NCBI GenBank assembly: GCA_041586955.1
Contig: JBFGZE010000008.1
Location: 9,882-73,881 of the forward strand
Source of the DNA: Bacteriovoracaceae bacterium
GTDB lineage: Bacteria > Bdellovibrionota > Bacteriovoracia > Bacteriovoracales > Bacteriovoracaceae
DNA: 64,000 nt
Direction of reading: 5' to 3'
Shown piece after piece: positions 27,699-38,032 of this stretch; the stretch's first letter is position 1; each line of letters starts with the position of its first letter. The notes under the pieces were generated by a model. That model was not told the origin of the DNA. It saw only the letters and a program-made list of their open reading frames with translations, and ran no database searches. A program made the translations under genes and the position numbers.

Positions 27699-29567
27699 TC
27701 AATTTAAACATCTAAGCTCCTGAAATCGCTTCCCTCGAGCTTCATAGCTCTTTTTAAATATCCCAAATGATGTTGAGGCCCCAGATGATCGAAAATTCTT
27801 ATTGATAACATCCCTCTTTTCAACACCTGTCCAAACAATACCAAGCGTTGCACCATCAAAAAAAACAAACCAATTATCCATTCCATTGTTGGTTGTCCCA
27901 GTTTTGCCAAAAAAGGCGAGTTCACCTAAAATCGGCCCTACATGATTTTTAATGGTGGTATTTTTAGGGTCGCTCATTAAATGAAGAATCGATTTTTCAA
28001 ACCCATTAGCGCAATCCGCTTTGACAAATGACTCATAGGAATTTTGAATTTCATTCAAAGACATCTCAACAGAACCTAATAGTTGAGCTGGATATTCTTT
28101 TAAGGGAGTCTGTAGGGGAATTTGAATGCCAATTAAATAGTCTTCTAATTCTTTCCAGCCAAATTTTTCGGCCAATCGGACAACTGGCCTATTGTATGAT
28201 TTAAATAGTGCCTCTTTTATTTCTACTTCCTTAGGAAAGTTGCGGTATCCTTCTTTTGGAGACCACTTTCCTGATTTGATATTTAATTCAATAGTGTCCA
28301 TTGAAACATAATCTGTAAAAAGAAGTCCTTTCTTAGTATAAAATGAATAAATCATAGGCTTTAAAATACTACCAACTTGATGCTTCTCTTTTTCGATCGC
28401 AATATTTTTGGCACGTTCAAACTTTGTATAAATTCTTATTTCTTTATTTAAATTTAATTTTTTAATTAAAACCTTTGAGGCAAAGTCCATTCCCTTAAAC
28501 TTACTCTTTAAATCTGACACCACTTCATTTGAATGAAGTGTTAATAGAAATTTTTCATAAAATAAATCATCATCAACCGGTTCAAAAATAGATTGTGCCA
28601 GTGCCATAAAACGGCCATCTCTCAATCGCGACTTTAATGATTTGACCCAGTTCTCCCAATCAGGCCCGGACCAAATTTTAATATTATCCTTTTCTAAAAG
28701 AGACACTTTTACTAACCGATCCATCACCGCTTTAGTGCGTACCTTTAGTCGGTCCAAATGACGAAGAGGATTATAAAAAGATGGCCCCTTAAGAAGTCCA
28801 ATTAAAATAGATACTTCAAAAGAATTCAAATCTTGCGGTCTTTTATTAAAATAATACATACTGGCCATAAAATAACCGCGAATTTGGATTCCATGATGAG
28901 AGCCCCAATAGACCTCATTAAGGTATAATTCGATAATTCTTTCTTTTTGTAATTTTTTTTCCAAATAAAGTGCCGCCACCATCTCCTTAATTTTTCTTGA
29001 GATGGTTTTTTTATTGGAATAAAATAAATTCTTTGCCATTTGCTGAGTGAGGGTCGAGCCACCTTGCTTAAAACTCATTTCTTTAATGTCATAAAAAATT
29101 GCTCGCATAATTGAAAAAAAATCAAGGCCACTATGTTCTAAGAAGCGATTATCTTCAATCCCGATCAATCCGCGCCAAATGAGGGAGGGGATATTTTCTA
29201 ATTTTTGATAGAGTTTTAAACAAAAAGAATTACTATCGCAGCGTTCGGGACCAGCAATATCGAGGGATAAATCTTTCATTAATAATAAATTATTTTCTTG
29301 AGTAATTAAGGTTTCAGAGTTTGCTTGAAGCCATTGTTGATAGTTGGGCGCGCTGCGTACTAGCCCATAAATAAATCGAATATCTTCTTTATTTAAATGG
29401 CTACCTTCCTCAAAAAGAAGAGTTTTCCCCCTAGGTTCGAAATTAACGAGCCTTTGTTCTTTGCTTTTGATATCTGTAATAACATCATCAACAAACTGGC
29501 CCAGCACGATACTCAAACCAGCAACGCTCAGCAAAAAAACAATAAGGACTATTTTTACTCTACGCAT
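27699..29567 (-). CDS. Class A penicillin-binding protein (GT51 transglycosylase + transpeptidase), PBP1B-like; start reassigned to the ATG at 29567
   Basis: EDNRFLEH, QGGSTLTQQMAKN and RKIKE (GT51); SILK, SYN and KTGT (transpeptidase). Confidence 0.88.
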   Translation of the reverse strand: MRRVKIVLIVFLLSVAGLSIVLGQFVDDVITDIKSKEQRLVNFEPRGKTLLFEEGSHLNKEDIRFIYGLVRSAPNYQQWLQANSETLITQENNLLLMKDLSLDIAGPERCDSNSFCLKLYQKLENIPSLIWRGLIGIEDNRFLEHSGLDFFSIMRAIFYDIKEMSFKQGGSTLTQQMAKNLFYSNKKTISRKIKEMVAALYLEKKLQKERIIELYLNEVYWGSHHGIQIRGYFMASMYYFNKRPQDLNSFEVSILIGLLKGPSFYNPLRHLDRLKVRTKAVMDRLVKVSLLEKDNIKIWSGPDWENWVKSLKSRLRDGRFMALAQSIFEPVDDDLFYEKFLLTLHSNEVVSDLKSKFKGMDFASKVLIKKLNLNKEIRIYTKFERAKNIAIEKEKHQVGSILKPMIYSFYTKKGLLFTDYVSMDTIELNIKSGKWSPKEGYRNFPKEVEIKEALFKSYNRPVVRLAEKFGWKELEDYLIGIQIPLQTPLKEYPAQLLGSVEMSLNEIQNSYESFVKADCANGFEKSILHLMSDPKNTTIKNHVGPILGELAFFGKTGTTNNGMDNWFVFFDGATLGIVWTGVEKRDVINKNFRSSGASTSFGIFKKSYEARGKRFQELRCLN

Positions 29568-29659
29568 CTTAAACCTTACAACTTTACTTAAAGACCCTAA
29601 TTCACTATCATTACGAAGCAATTTTTTGTCTTAAGACTATTACCGGAGACGCAAATAAT

Positions 29660-31156
29660 ATGAAGCGCAATTATTTTCTTGGCCTCTTGCTACTTATTAC
29701 TTCTCAAGCCCAAGCTTTGCCTGTCGACTGGCATGGTGTCTTTGGTGTTGATTCTACCCTAATCGATAATTTTAGGCGAATTGAAAAAACTACTGATGAT
29801 AGCAACCTTGGCAACGCTGGCAACATGGGAACACAAGAGGTTCCTCTAGCAACAGGCAACCATGCCAATTCTTCCTTCCAATCCTATATCTTTCGCCTCA
29901 ATCCGGTTATTCTTGTTAACGATGCAGCAACAGTTAAGGCCGAATTCTCATCCGGTTATGGCCGCGGTGGTCGCTTAGGGGATAATTCAACTCAAAGCCT
30001 TGAGCCTGGTTTTGGTAACACTCTTTATAGTATGAATTTTAGTGATGATGATAAGTCTCTTCTCATCAATAAACTTTATATGGAACTTTATTCTGATACC
30101 GCCACTTATCAGATTGGTCGACACTCTTTCCATTATGGACTAGGAGCTGTTTTTCACAATGGTGAAGGAACTTGGGATAGACATTCATTAGTTCGTGATG
30201 GACTTACTATGAATCTTAAGCTTGGTAATTTTAAAATCTCACCCTATTGGGCAAAAATAGGTAGCCTTGGCTCTTTAACGAGAGCAACCAAAATTAAAGA
30301 GTACGGTGCTGCCCTTACCTATGATAATGTCAGTAAAAATCTCGGTTTTGGTATTCTTTTCGCCAAGAAACAAAACTCTTCATTCAATACAGAGTTGACG
30401 GCAGGAACTTCACAAAACCTTCCTGACCCCTCTACAGGCAATTATAATAGCTATACAAGCCTTGGAAAAACAAACGTTAAGATCCTAGACCTCTTTTTCA
30501 AAAAAGGCTTTGGTAATTTTAATTTTGCTCTCGAAATTCCTATCTTAAGTGGAAATATTGGCAACCTATTTCAAGAAAACACCAAATATAAGGCCAAGGC
30601 CTTTCTTTTCGAAAGTAACTACCAACTTTCTAAGCGCTGGTCCTTAGGCCTTGATGCCGGGAAAGTTAAAGGTGATGATGGTAATCAGGCCAATTTTGAG
30701 GCCATGTATCTCAACCCCAATTACCAAATTGCCAACCTCTTATTTAAATATAATATGCGCGCTATCTCAAACCCGGATGGGGCCAATTCTCGTAGCCTCT
30801 ACGATTCATATGTTAATAATGTTAATTATATTAAATTAAGCGGAACTTATGCGTCTGAAAAATGGACCTTTAATACCGCATTTATCTATGCACAGGCAGA
30901 GCAAGTCGCTAAAGCTGGCAACCTCGCCTTTAACCATATGACTAATAAATCATTTACAGCTGATTTCAATCAAGAAAATGATATGGGTATGGAGCTTGAT
31001 TTAAACCTGGATTACAAGTGGAACAGTGAAGTCTCCATTGGCAGTAGCCTTGGATACCTTTTTACCGGCGATTACTTTGGCTATACCAATACAGCGACTC
31101 CCAACTCTGTTAAAGACTCATTTGTCGCCCAGATTCGCTCAGCAGTTCACTTTTAG
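29660..31156 (+). CDS. Outer-membrane beta-barrel protein (alginate-export/porin-like)
   Basis: Signal peptide AQA; many amphipathic strands; GMELDL...GYLFTGDYF; terminal Phe. Confidence 0.75.
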   Translation: MKRNYFLGLLLLITSQAQALPVDWHGVFGVDSTLIDNFRRIEKTTDDSNLGNAGNMGTQEVPLATGNHANSSFQSYIFRLNPVILVNDAATVKAEFSSGYGRGGRLGDNSTQSLEPGFGNTLYSMNFSDDDKSLLINKLYMELYSDTATYQIGRHSFHYGLGAVFHNGEGTWDRHSLVRDGLTMNLKLGNFKISPYWAKIGSLGSLTRATKIKEYGAALTYDNVSKNLGFGILFAKKQNSSFNTELTAGTSQNLPDPSTGNYNSYTSLGKTNVKILDLFFKKGFGNFNFALEIPILSGNIGNLFQENTKYKAKAFLFESNYQLSKRWSLGLDAGKVKGDDGNQANFEAMYLNPNYQIANLLFKYNMRAISNPDGANSRSLYDSYVNNVNYIKLSGTYASEKWTFNTAFIYAQAEQVAKAGNLAFNHMTNKSFTADFNQENDMGMELDLNLDYKWNSEVSIGSSLGYLFTGDYFGYTNTATPNSVKDSFVAQIRSAVHF

Positions 31157-33138
31157 TACGGAAGTCCTTGAGACCTGCCAGGTTGTGGCATGATATAACT
31201 TGGCTGGCGATAATTACCAGTTGGTGGGTAGTTGCCATTCGCCTGAAAATTACCTGTTGGCCCCTGTATTCCGGGGCCATAGCCCATAGAATACTGATTA
31301 CCCCAACTTCCTGCATCATATTGATAATTATAAGGACCCCCATTTTGGCCATACGAGTAGTCATCCCAAAAACCGTCTGAATCATCGCCCATATAAGCTC
31401 CGCCATTGATGGCGAAGTTATCGTAATAATAATCGTTCTCTTCTCGATCCTGCATCAACTCTTCCCTATAACGCTCAAAATTACGAGAATAACGATTATG
31501 GCGTTCGCTTGCGCCCCTATACGCCAAAAGGCTTTTTTTCCTTCTGCTTAGAAAAGCTTTTTGTCGACGACTTTTGCCATTGGTGAACCTTTTGCATGCC
31601 ATAGGATTTTTGACCGTTCCAAAAAATGTTTTACCACAGTATTTCATTTGATATTTTGACTCTTTTTGTTGATACGCTTGGTAATCATAATCCATCTTCC
31701 GCTTACGACGTTGCATTTCTCTTCTCGCGGTATAAACGGCTTTTTTGCTACCATTACGACTGTCATAATCATTTTGCCAATCACGTAAATGTGTATCTTC
31801 AAATGTTGCCAAAGTTTTGCGAATTTGTTTATCAGCTTGTGCGATTGTATATTGCTTACCCCGTTTATCTCTACGCCCTTTATAGACTTGACTATAATAT
31901 TGACTCGTTAAAAGAACTCCTTTTACAGCACGGGCCTGGTCTCCTAGATTATATTCCTTAAAATGGTCAAGCATCATGGCCTGTCTTTTACTCGACCCTT
32001 TTTCATATTTACCGATAGCTTCGTTAAGTGCTTTTATTTTTTTATCAAATTTAGCACTATTTTTTGATCCTCTTAACTTCATTAATCCATCTAATTCTTT
32101 AATTGCAGGGCGTATGACATACTTATTATATTCTTTTAAGTTATCAACATATTCGTCAGCAAGTCTTTCAGACTCTTCCTCGCTATTAAGCTCTCCCTTT
32201 TTATATTTGAACTCTTTTTCAATTTCCATTAATCTTGCGTAAGCCTTTTGACCATTTTCAGCATGTAATTTATCAAGTGCTTCTCCGAGAATAGATTTCA
32301 ATAATTTTGCATTTCCAAGAGAACTTTTATCAAGGCGAGACAATTCTTTTAAAATTTCGTCATAATCCTTACCATTTTGACAAATTTTGACAATTCTTTT
32401 GTATTCCCGATCCTCTGTAGAAGTATAAAGTTCCAAGGGATCGCTTCCATGGATATTTTCATATGCCATACACTTCCAATTACTTGGTACTTTTGAAGCA
32501 CTCGCTTTATGGCCAATGCCATAATCGCTAATAACAGAAGAGCCAAAATATACGAAATGGCTTTCATCTTTTTTACGAATATTGACTTTGAAAGGAATTT
32601 CTAAACGATAAGAAATAAGTCCATTTTTATTGGCCTTTTCATAATTTAGGGCGCCCGCGGGTGTTAATAGACCTTTATTTTTTAAGCAATTATAATACTT
32701 ATCACTTTCATTATCGGCCATTTCCTTGGTACTTAAGTCCGCTGTTGTATATTTATACTTATTTTTAAAGCGAATGAAAACGTCATTGCCTATTCTTTGA
32801 GTTTCCAATTTAAGGTCTAAACAGGCGTTAACATACCTTGGTAATTTAACTTTAGCATTACCATTTTTATCTGATGAAATTTTAATTTTACTAGGAAAAA
32901 GTATTGCCCTTTTCAGAAGACCTAATGGTAAATAGCGCTCATCTGTTGAATTATTACAGACTTCCTCTTTACCTACAGGATTCGTCTCACCTTTTGTTTC
33001 AACAGAGGTATAAGCTTTCCCGCCAGAGTCATCTTCACCCAGGAAACTCAGGTCGCCACGGCCTACCACATTAGCATGGCCAGCACTGGCCAATAATAAC
33101 CCTGATACAATTAATCCGTTTAATCTGAATTTCTGCAT
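31153..33138 (-). CDS. Secreted hypothetical protein: Cys-containing N-domain, basic helical core and Tyr/Gly/Gln/Asn-rich low-complexity tail; start reassigned to the ATG at 33138
   Basis: RBS GAGGG; signal peptide ending AGHA; the composition is visible in the translation. Confidence 0.75.
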   Translation of the reverse strand: MQKFRLNGLIVSGLLLASAGHANVVGRGDLSFLGEDDSGGKAYTSVETKGETNPVGKEEVCNNSTDERYLPLGLLKRAILFPSKIKISSDKNGNAKVKLPRYVNACLDLKLETQRIGNDVFIRFKNKYKYTTADLSTKEMADNESDKYYNCLKNKGLLTPAGALNYEKANKNGLISYRLEIPFKVNIRKKDESHFVYFGSSVISDYGIGHKASASKVPSNWKCMAYENIHGSDPLELYTSTEDREYKRIVKICQNGKDYDEILKELSRLDKSSLGNAKLLKSILGEALDKLHAENGQKAYARLMEIEKEFKYKKGELNSEEESERLADEYVDNLKEYNKYVIRPAIKELDGLMKLRGSKNSAKFDKKIKALNEAIGKYEKGSSKRQAMMLDHFKEYNLGDQARAVKGVLLTSQYYSQVYKGRRDKRGKQYTIAQADKQIRKTLATFEDTHLRDWQNDYDSRNGSKKAVYTARREMQRRKRKMDYDYQAYQQKESKYQMKYCGKTFFGTVKNPMACKRFTNGKSRRQKAFLSRRKKSLLAYRGASERHNRYSRNFERYREELMQDREENDYYYDNFAINGGAYMGDDSDGFWDDYSYGQNGGPYNYQYDAGSWGNQYSMGYGPGIQGPTGNFQANGNYPPTGNYRQPSYIMPQPGRSQGLPY

Positions 33139-33174
33139 TTGTTGACCCTCGTAAAGCAAACTTTTTCAATTTAC

Positions 33175-33201
33175 TATTCGGCAGAAATTGACAAATATTT
33201 A
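33175..33201 (-). promoter_or_regulatory. Sigma28 (FliA) promoter
   Basis: Minus strand reads TAAA-tatttgtcaatttct(15)-GCCGAATA. Confidence 0.7.
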
Positions 33202-33226
33202 ATGAAATAGCGGATAATTTACGAAA

Positions 33227-35197
33227 TTAATGGATATTGATGGGGTCAACATCCAATTTAACTTGAATGCCGCTTTTTAATTTTAATAATTTAGAGATAT
33301 TATTAACTAATTGATGAAGCTCAATAACCTCATTGCTTTTTAGCAAAATACACCAACTATACTTATTGACTCTTTTTTCCACTAATGTTGGCCTCGGACC
33401 AATTACTTCTACTTTATTAAAATGCTTTTCCCTTAAAGAGTGGCAAGCTCGAGCATAGTCTTTAGCCGCAGATTCAACTTCATTTAAGTTTGTCCCAATC
33501 AAATAAATCAAAATAAACTTGCTATAGGGTGGGAATTGAAACATTTTTCGTAGGTCTAATTCTTCTTGATAAAACTTTGGGAATTCCTCGTTTTCAATAA
33601 TATTAAATAAGTCATTTTCAGGATAAAAGGTTTCAATAACGACTCGACCTCTTTTTTTATATCTTCCGGCCCTACCGCTGACTTGTACTAATTGTTGAAA
33701 TACTTTTTCTTTTGCGCGAAAGTCGGGGAAATTTAAAACATTATCTATGCCAAGGACAATTACTTTGTTGACGTTTTTAAAATTATGACCTTTAGAAATC
33801 ATTTGAGTGCCGACAAGGATATCTATATTTCCTGAATGAAATTCATTCAATACTTCTTTTAATTTTTCAAAATTAGTAATTTCCGAGCGGTCAAAACGTA
33901 CGATTTTTTTACCGGGGAATTGTCCTTCAAGAAATTCCTGTATCCTTTCTGTTCCATGTCCTTTTGGCAATAAATTCAAATTACTGCACTCTGGACACTC
34001 GTGTGGTTTGGCCATACTAAAATTACAAATATTACATTTAAGTATGTTTTGGCGTTTAAAAAATGTGAGGTTACTTGTACAGTTATTGCATTCGAATTTA
34101 TGGCCACAAACATTACAATAGATAAAGTTTGAATATCCTAATTTATTAATGAATACCAATACCTGCTCTTTATGCTCGAGAGATTCTTTAATCTCAAGAA
34201 CGGATTCATCACTCAATGGATTTTTTGATGAATCATTTTTTTTATCAATTAAAACAATTTCAGGTAATTGCACATCATTGAATCTTTGATTTAAAAAATA
34301 TGTATTGTTTTGATCCGTACAGCGCTTTAGGTCCTCGCATGTTGGGGTAGCAGAGCCCAAAATGACCGGTATACTTAATAAGTGTGCCCTCTTTATGGCA
34401 ACATCTTTCGCATTATACGTGCATCGATCTTCTTGTTTAAAAGATGAATCATGACTTTCATCTACGATGATTAAACCTAAATTATTAAACGGAAGAAAAA
34501 TACTACTTCTCACACCAATTATTATTTTTGGATCTTTATCATTGATCAATGAATTCCAAATTTGGAACTTCTCCGAATTGTTTAAGTTACTGTGATAGGA
34601 GATGATTTCTCCATCGGTATAGTCTGAAACCATATCCAACAATTGGGGTGTTAAATTAATTTCAGGTATAATTAATAAGGCCGACTTGTTTCTTTTTATC
34701 GTACTTTTGATCAAGTCCAAATAAATCATGGATTTTCCAGAGCCCGTCACTCCATAAACTAAGCTTTGCTTAAACTCTTCCATATTTTTGCGTATTTCAA
34801 ATGCCGCCTCTTCCTGTAGTGGCGAAAGTTTAAGCTCTTTTGTTCCATGCCCATAAATACGTGCCACCGCCCTTGGTCTTTTGAGTGGCTTCGGCAATGT
34901 CTCAAAAACAAGTTTACCGAGAGGGTAATGGTAATAATTGGCACACCACCAAAGTAAATCAATATTACCTACGGGAAAATCAAAACCCCAATCTAGTTTA
35001 CCCACGACCTCTTTGAGTTTAATATCCTTAGGAAAGTCTTTTTCATAGTCCAGAAACATTCCTTTCACTTTCCTTCTTCCTAATGGTAGCTCCACAAGCT
35101 CACCTTTAGTCAAAGTCAGAGTGTTTGGAATCTTATATGTCAAAATAGAATCGGAGAAAACTGTATCGACAGCAAATCGTCCAACAGATGTCGTCAT
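33227..35197 (-). CDS. priA: Primosomal protein N' (replication restart helicase)
   Basis: GVTGSGKS, DESHDSSFKQ, two C4 zinc motifs and QVSGRAGR. Confidence 0.96.
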   Translation of the reverse strand: MTTSVGRFAVDTVFSDSILTYKIPNTLTLTKGELVELPLGRRKVKGMFLDYEKDFPKDIKLKEVVGKLDWGFDFPVGNIDLLWWCANYYHYPLGKLVFETLPKPLKRPRAVARIYGHGTKELKLSPLQEEAAFEIRKNMEEFKQSLVYGVTGSGKSMIYLDLIKSTIKRNKSALLIIPEINLTPQLLDMVSDYTDGEIISYHSNLNNSEKFQIWNSLINDKDPKIIIGVRSSIFLPFNNLGLIIVDESHDSSFKQEDRCTYNAKDVAIKRAHLLSIPVILGSATPTCEDLKRCTDQNNTYFLNQRFNDVQLPEIVLIDKKNDSSKNPLSDESVLEIKESLEHKEQVLVFINKLGYSNFIYCNVCGHKFECNNCTSNLTFFKRQNILKCNICNFSMAKPHECPECSNLNLLPKGHGTERIQEFLEGQFPGKKIVRFDRSEITNFEKLKEVLNEFHSGNIDILVGTQMISKGHNFKNVNKVIVLGIDNVLNFPDFRAKEKVFQQLVQVSGRAGRYKKRGRVVIETFYPENDLFNIIENEEFPKFYQEELDLRKMFQFPPYSKFILIYLIGTNLNEVESAAKDYARACHSLREKHFNKVEVIGPRPTLVEKRVNKYSWCILLKSNEVIELHQLVNNISKLLKLKSGIQVKLDVDPINIH

Positions 35198-36195
35198 TAT
35201 AATAAAAAGCTAAATAAGATTGGCCTTTCTTTATTTGTCATCATTTTAGATAAGTCCGTAAACTTTTTGGCCAATTTGGTTTTTTTATCAGATAAAAATT
35301 TTAAATTTTTAAATGTCATTCTGAATAATTTATCTGCCCCGCTTTTGATGTATATATTTCGTGGAACGATTCTTTTTGCATTGAAATAAAAGTACTCATC
35401 CACACTTAAAAGTATATTGCTGGATAAAGTATTTACATTAATTCGTTTAAAGTTATGAGTTGGGTTATCAAAATATAATGTCGCACCGGTCAGATCAGCG
35501 GCCCAAAAGAATTCGTTCTCAAGTTTTACAAGTCTAATGTTACCAGGTCTTTGATACATCGGCTTTTTGATAACTCTATTTACTAACTCTCTATCTTCAC
35601 TATCGTGAGGCTTCATCGGTGACTCTAAGCTAGCTTTTAATGAGCTGTCTTTATTAGTCATCACCAGATATTTTTTATATTTTTCAAAAAGAACAAGTTT
35701 TTCCTCGTCCATTAGTTCTTTATTCGTTTTGTATTTGGGATCTATCTTTTTCAAGAGATTATTTGCAACAACCGAATCATTCGCTAAAAGTGAAAACGCG
35801 ATTGAGTAAAAACTCAATTTTTCAATATCGTTTTCACGCCTTATTCTTGATATAAAGCTTGAAAAGTACACTGTATCGATAACCTCTTTTACTTTATCCA
35901 CCTCTTTATAGAGTACTTGTAACAAGCGATAATCATCACTTTCTTTTTTAATATAAAAATCCACGAAATATTGTGCTTCATCTATATTTGAAAAGACTTT
36001 GCTTTCCATTTCATTTTTATTTCGAACAATTTCCTTTTGACCTTCTAATCCTTGTTCCTTTAGTTGAAACTGAAATAAGTATATTCCCTCTTCTAATTCT
36101 GCATTAGTGCCATTGCGTAACAATCCCTCAAGAGTTGGTATTGCTGCGAAACTGCTATTCATGGTTATCAACAGAGTTATTATAATTTTTATCAT
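35197..36195 (-). CDS. Exported hypothetical protein
   Basis: Signal peptide ending SFA; coupled to priA by a TAATG overlap. Confidence 0.65.
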   Translation of the reverse strand: MIKIIITLLITMNSSFAAIPTLEGLLRNGTNAELEEGIYLFQFQLKEQGLEGQKEIVRNKNEMESKVFSNIDEAQYFVDFYIKKESDDYRLLQVLYKEVDKVKEVIDTVYFSSFISRIRRENDIEKLSFYSIAFSLLANDSVVANNLLKKIDPKYKTNKELMDEEKLVLFEKYKKYLVMTNKDSSLKASLESPMKPHDSEDRELVNRVIKKPMYQRPGNIRLVKLENEFFWAADLTGATLYFDNPTHNFKRINVNTLSSNILLSVDEYFYFNAKRIVPRNIYIKSGADKLFRMTFKNLKFLSDKKTKLAKKFTDLSKMMTNKERPILFSFLL

Positions 36196-36200
36196 CTTAA

Positions 36201-37091
36201 TTATACCTTTAAAGAATATTTTTTTACTTTTTCAACAATTATTCTTTCCATTTCGTTTTTCAATTTTTCATCTCGCAGAGCAAACTCTACGGTAGCATCA
36301 AGGTAGCCCGTAACACTTCCAGTATCAAAGCGCTCGCCATCGAATATATGGGCAAACGTATTACCACTTTTGGCCAATAAATTGATCGCATCTGTTAGTT
36401 GGTATTCTCCACCAACCCCTCTAGGGATTTCTTCTAAGGCACTGAAAATATCTGAGTGCAGGATATAGCGACCAGGTGTTGCTAAATTAGTGGGTGCCTT
36501 ATCTGGGTCAGGCTTTTCAATCATTGTTTTCATCAATAATGTCTTTTGACTGCCGCTGACAAATTCACCATCAATAATCCCATACTTATTTGTTTGTGAA
36601 TTCTCAACTTCCATAACACCAATAACACTTGAGGAGCTTTGCTCTCTGGAACAATCAATTAATTGCTTGGTCGCGGGAATCTCATTAACAATAAGGTCAT
36701 CTCCTAGAAGAACTGCAAAAGTTTCATTACCAATTATATTTTTAGCACATAAAACAGCATGGCCTAGCCCCAATTGCTCTTTTTGCCTAACAGAGATCAC
36801 TTCTACCATTTCTCCGATGCTTTTGATCAGGCTTCTATATTCCTCTTTATTATTTTTAAGGAGAAAGTCTTCTAATTCTATATTGCGATCAAAAAAGTTC
36901 TCTAGGGACTCTTTTCCACTTGAGGTCACAAAGATAATTTGTTCAATACCTGAGTCAACTGCCTCCTTTACGACATGGAAAATCATCGGGGTATTGATAA
37001 TTGGCAACATCTCTTTTGGTAATTGCTTGGTTGCGGGCAAAAATCTGGTTCCTTTTCCTGCAACGGGGATGACGGCCTTTCTAATCTTCAT
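36201..37091 (-). CDS. galU: UTP-glucose-1-phosphate uridylyltransferase
   Basis: KAVIPVAGKGTRFLPATK, LGLGHAV, EKP and GEYQLTDAI motifs. Confidence 0.97.
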   Translation of the reverse strand: MKIRKAVIPVAGKGTRFLPATKQLPKEMLPIINTPMIFHVVKEAVDSGIEQIIFVTSSGKESLENFFDRNIELEDFLLKNNKEEYRSLIKSIGEMVEVISVRQKEQLGLGHAVLCAKNIIGNETFAVLLGDDLIVNEIPATKQLIDCSREQSSSSVIGVMEVENSQTNKYGIIDGEFVSGSQKTLLMKTMIEKPDPDKAPTNLATPGRYILHSDIFSALEEIPRGVGGEYQLTDAINLLAKSGNTFAHIFDGERFDTGSVTGYLDATVEFALRDEKLKNEMERIIVEKVKKYSLKV

Positions 37092-37125
37092 TATAATTTC
37101 CTTATATAAACTTTTTGGAGTTTCA

Positions 37126-38031
37126 ATGTTATCTCAATCTATTTTAGTTCTTTTTGTATTGTTATCAAATCTTTGTTTGATCAATACAGCTCAGGGCGCC
37201 AATAAAATTCCCGACTTTCAAACGACAAGGTTAAAGTCCCTAGGAGGCACTGGTGTAGCCTCTATCTTAATGGATGAGGCAACGATCTTAAACCCTTCAA
37301 CCCTGTCATTTTTTAATATTTCATCATTTTACCTTCAACGCTCTGGTCAAGAGATTGAAGGGACGGGCACAAATATCGCTGAGTATCCGAAAGAAAGCAC
37401 TAACTATGGCGTAATCGCCTCCGACTCAAAAGGTCAACTTAAGAGTTCCTTTAGTTATCTCAAGCAAAAACATCGACTTAATGAAAGAAAGCGAATTTCT
37501 GTTGCGGGCTCTAAAAACATGGGAAAGCGCTCAAGCGCAGGCTTTACCTATCGTAAAAGTAGCGATCATATTTATCAAAATGGAGAACTCGTCAAAGACT
37601 CCTACCATCAATCAACCTTTGGCTTCTCTCACGTCATTAACTCTTCAGTTATGATGGGAATCGTTATTAACGATCCATTTAAAGTTAAAGAAGAGGACAC
37701 CAATGCCATTATTGGCTTTCAATATGTTTATCAAGACCTTGTTTCATTTATGCTTGATGTTGGCGCAGATTATAATAAAAACCTCTCTGACACTCTTCTT
37801 TACCGACTTGGGTCACAATTAAAAGTGTACAACAATTTTTTTCTCCGTTTTGGTACATTCAACAACAAGCAAACCTTCTCGCGTGGTACAGGAGTGGGGA
37901 TTGGCTGGCTTCAACCAAGACTCTCTTTTGACCTGGCCTTAACTAATACCAAATATATTGAAAATCTCAAAAAAGAGATTCTAGGAGAAAATATCAAAGA
38001 AACATCCTTCTCTTTTAGCTATCGATTTTAA
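37126..38031 (+). CDS. Outer-membrane beta-barrel protein (FadL/PorV-like N-terminal motif); true start at the ATG at 37126
   Basis: RBS GGAG; signal peptide; RLKSLGGTGVA...ILNPSTL; terminal FSFSYRF. Confidence 0.72.
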   Translation: MLSQSILVLFVLLSNLCLINTAQGANKIPDFQTTRLKSLGGTGVASILMDEATILNPSTLSFFNISSFYLQRSGQEIEGTGTNIAEYPKESTNYGVIASDSKGQLKSSFSYLKQKHRLNERKRISVAGSKNMGKRSSAGFTYRKSSDHIYQNGELVKDSYHQSTFGFSHVINSSVMMGIVINDPFKVKEEDTNAIIGFQYVYQDLVSFMLDVGADYNKNLSDTLLYRLGSQLKVYNNFFLRFGTFNNKQTFSRGTGVGIGWLQPRLSFDLALTNTKYIENLKKEILGENIKETSFSFSYRF

Positions 38032-38032
38032 T

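Noticed and set aside
27540..27700. tRNA-Gln as an integration site for an island or prophage
   Set aside because: No integrase and no duplicated tRNA 3' end; the flanks are core genes.
36667..37125. N-terminal 153 aa of the 454-aa ORF 36667..38031
   Set aside because: This is the antisense shadow of galU; the SD and signal peptide point to the ATG at 37126.
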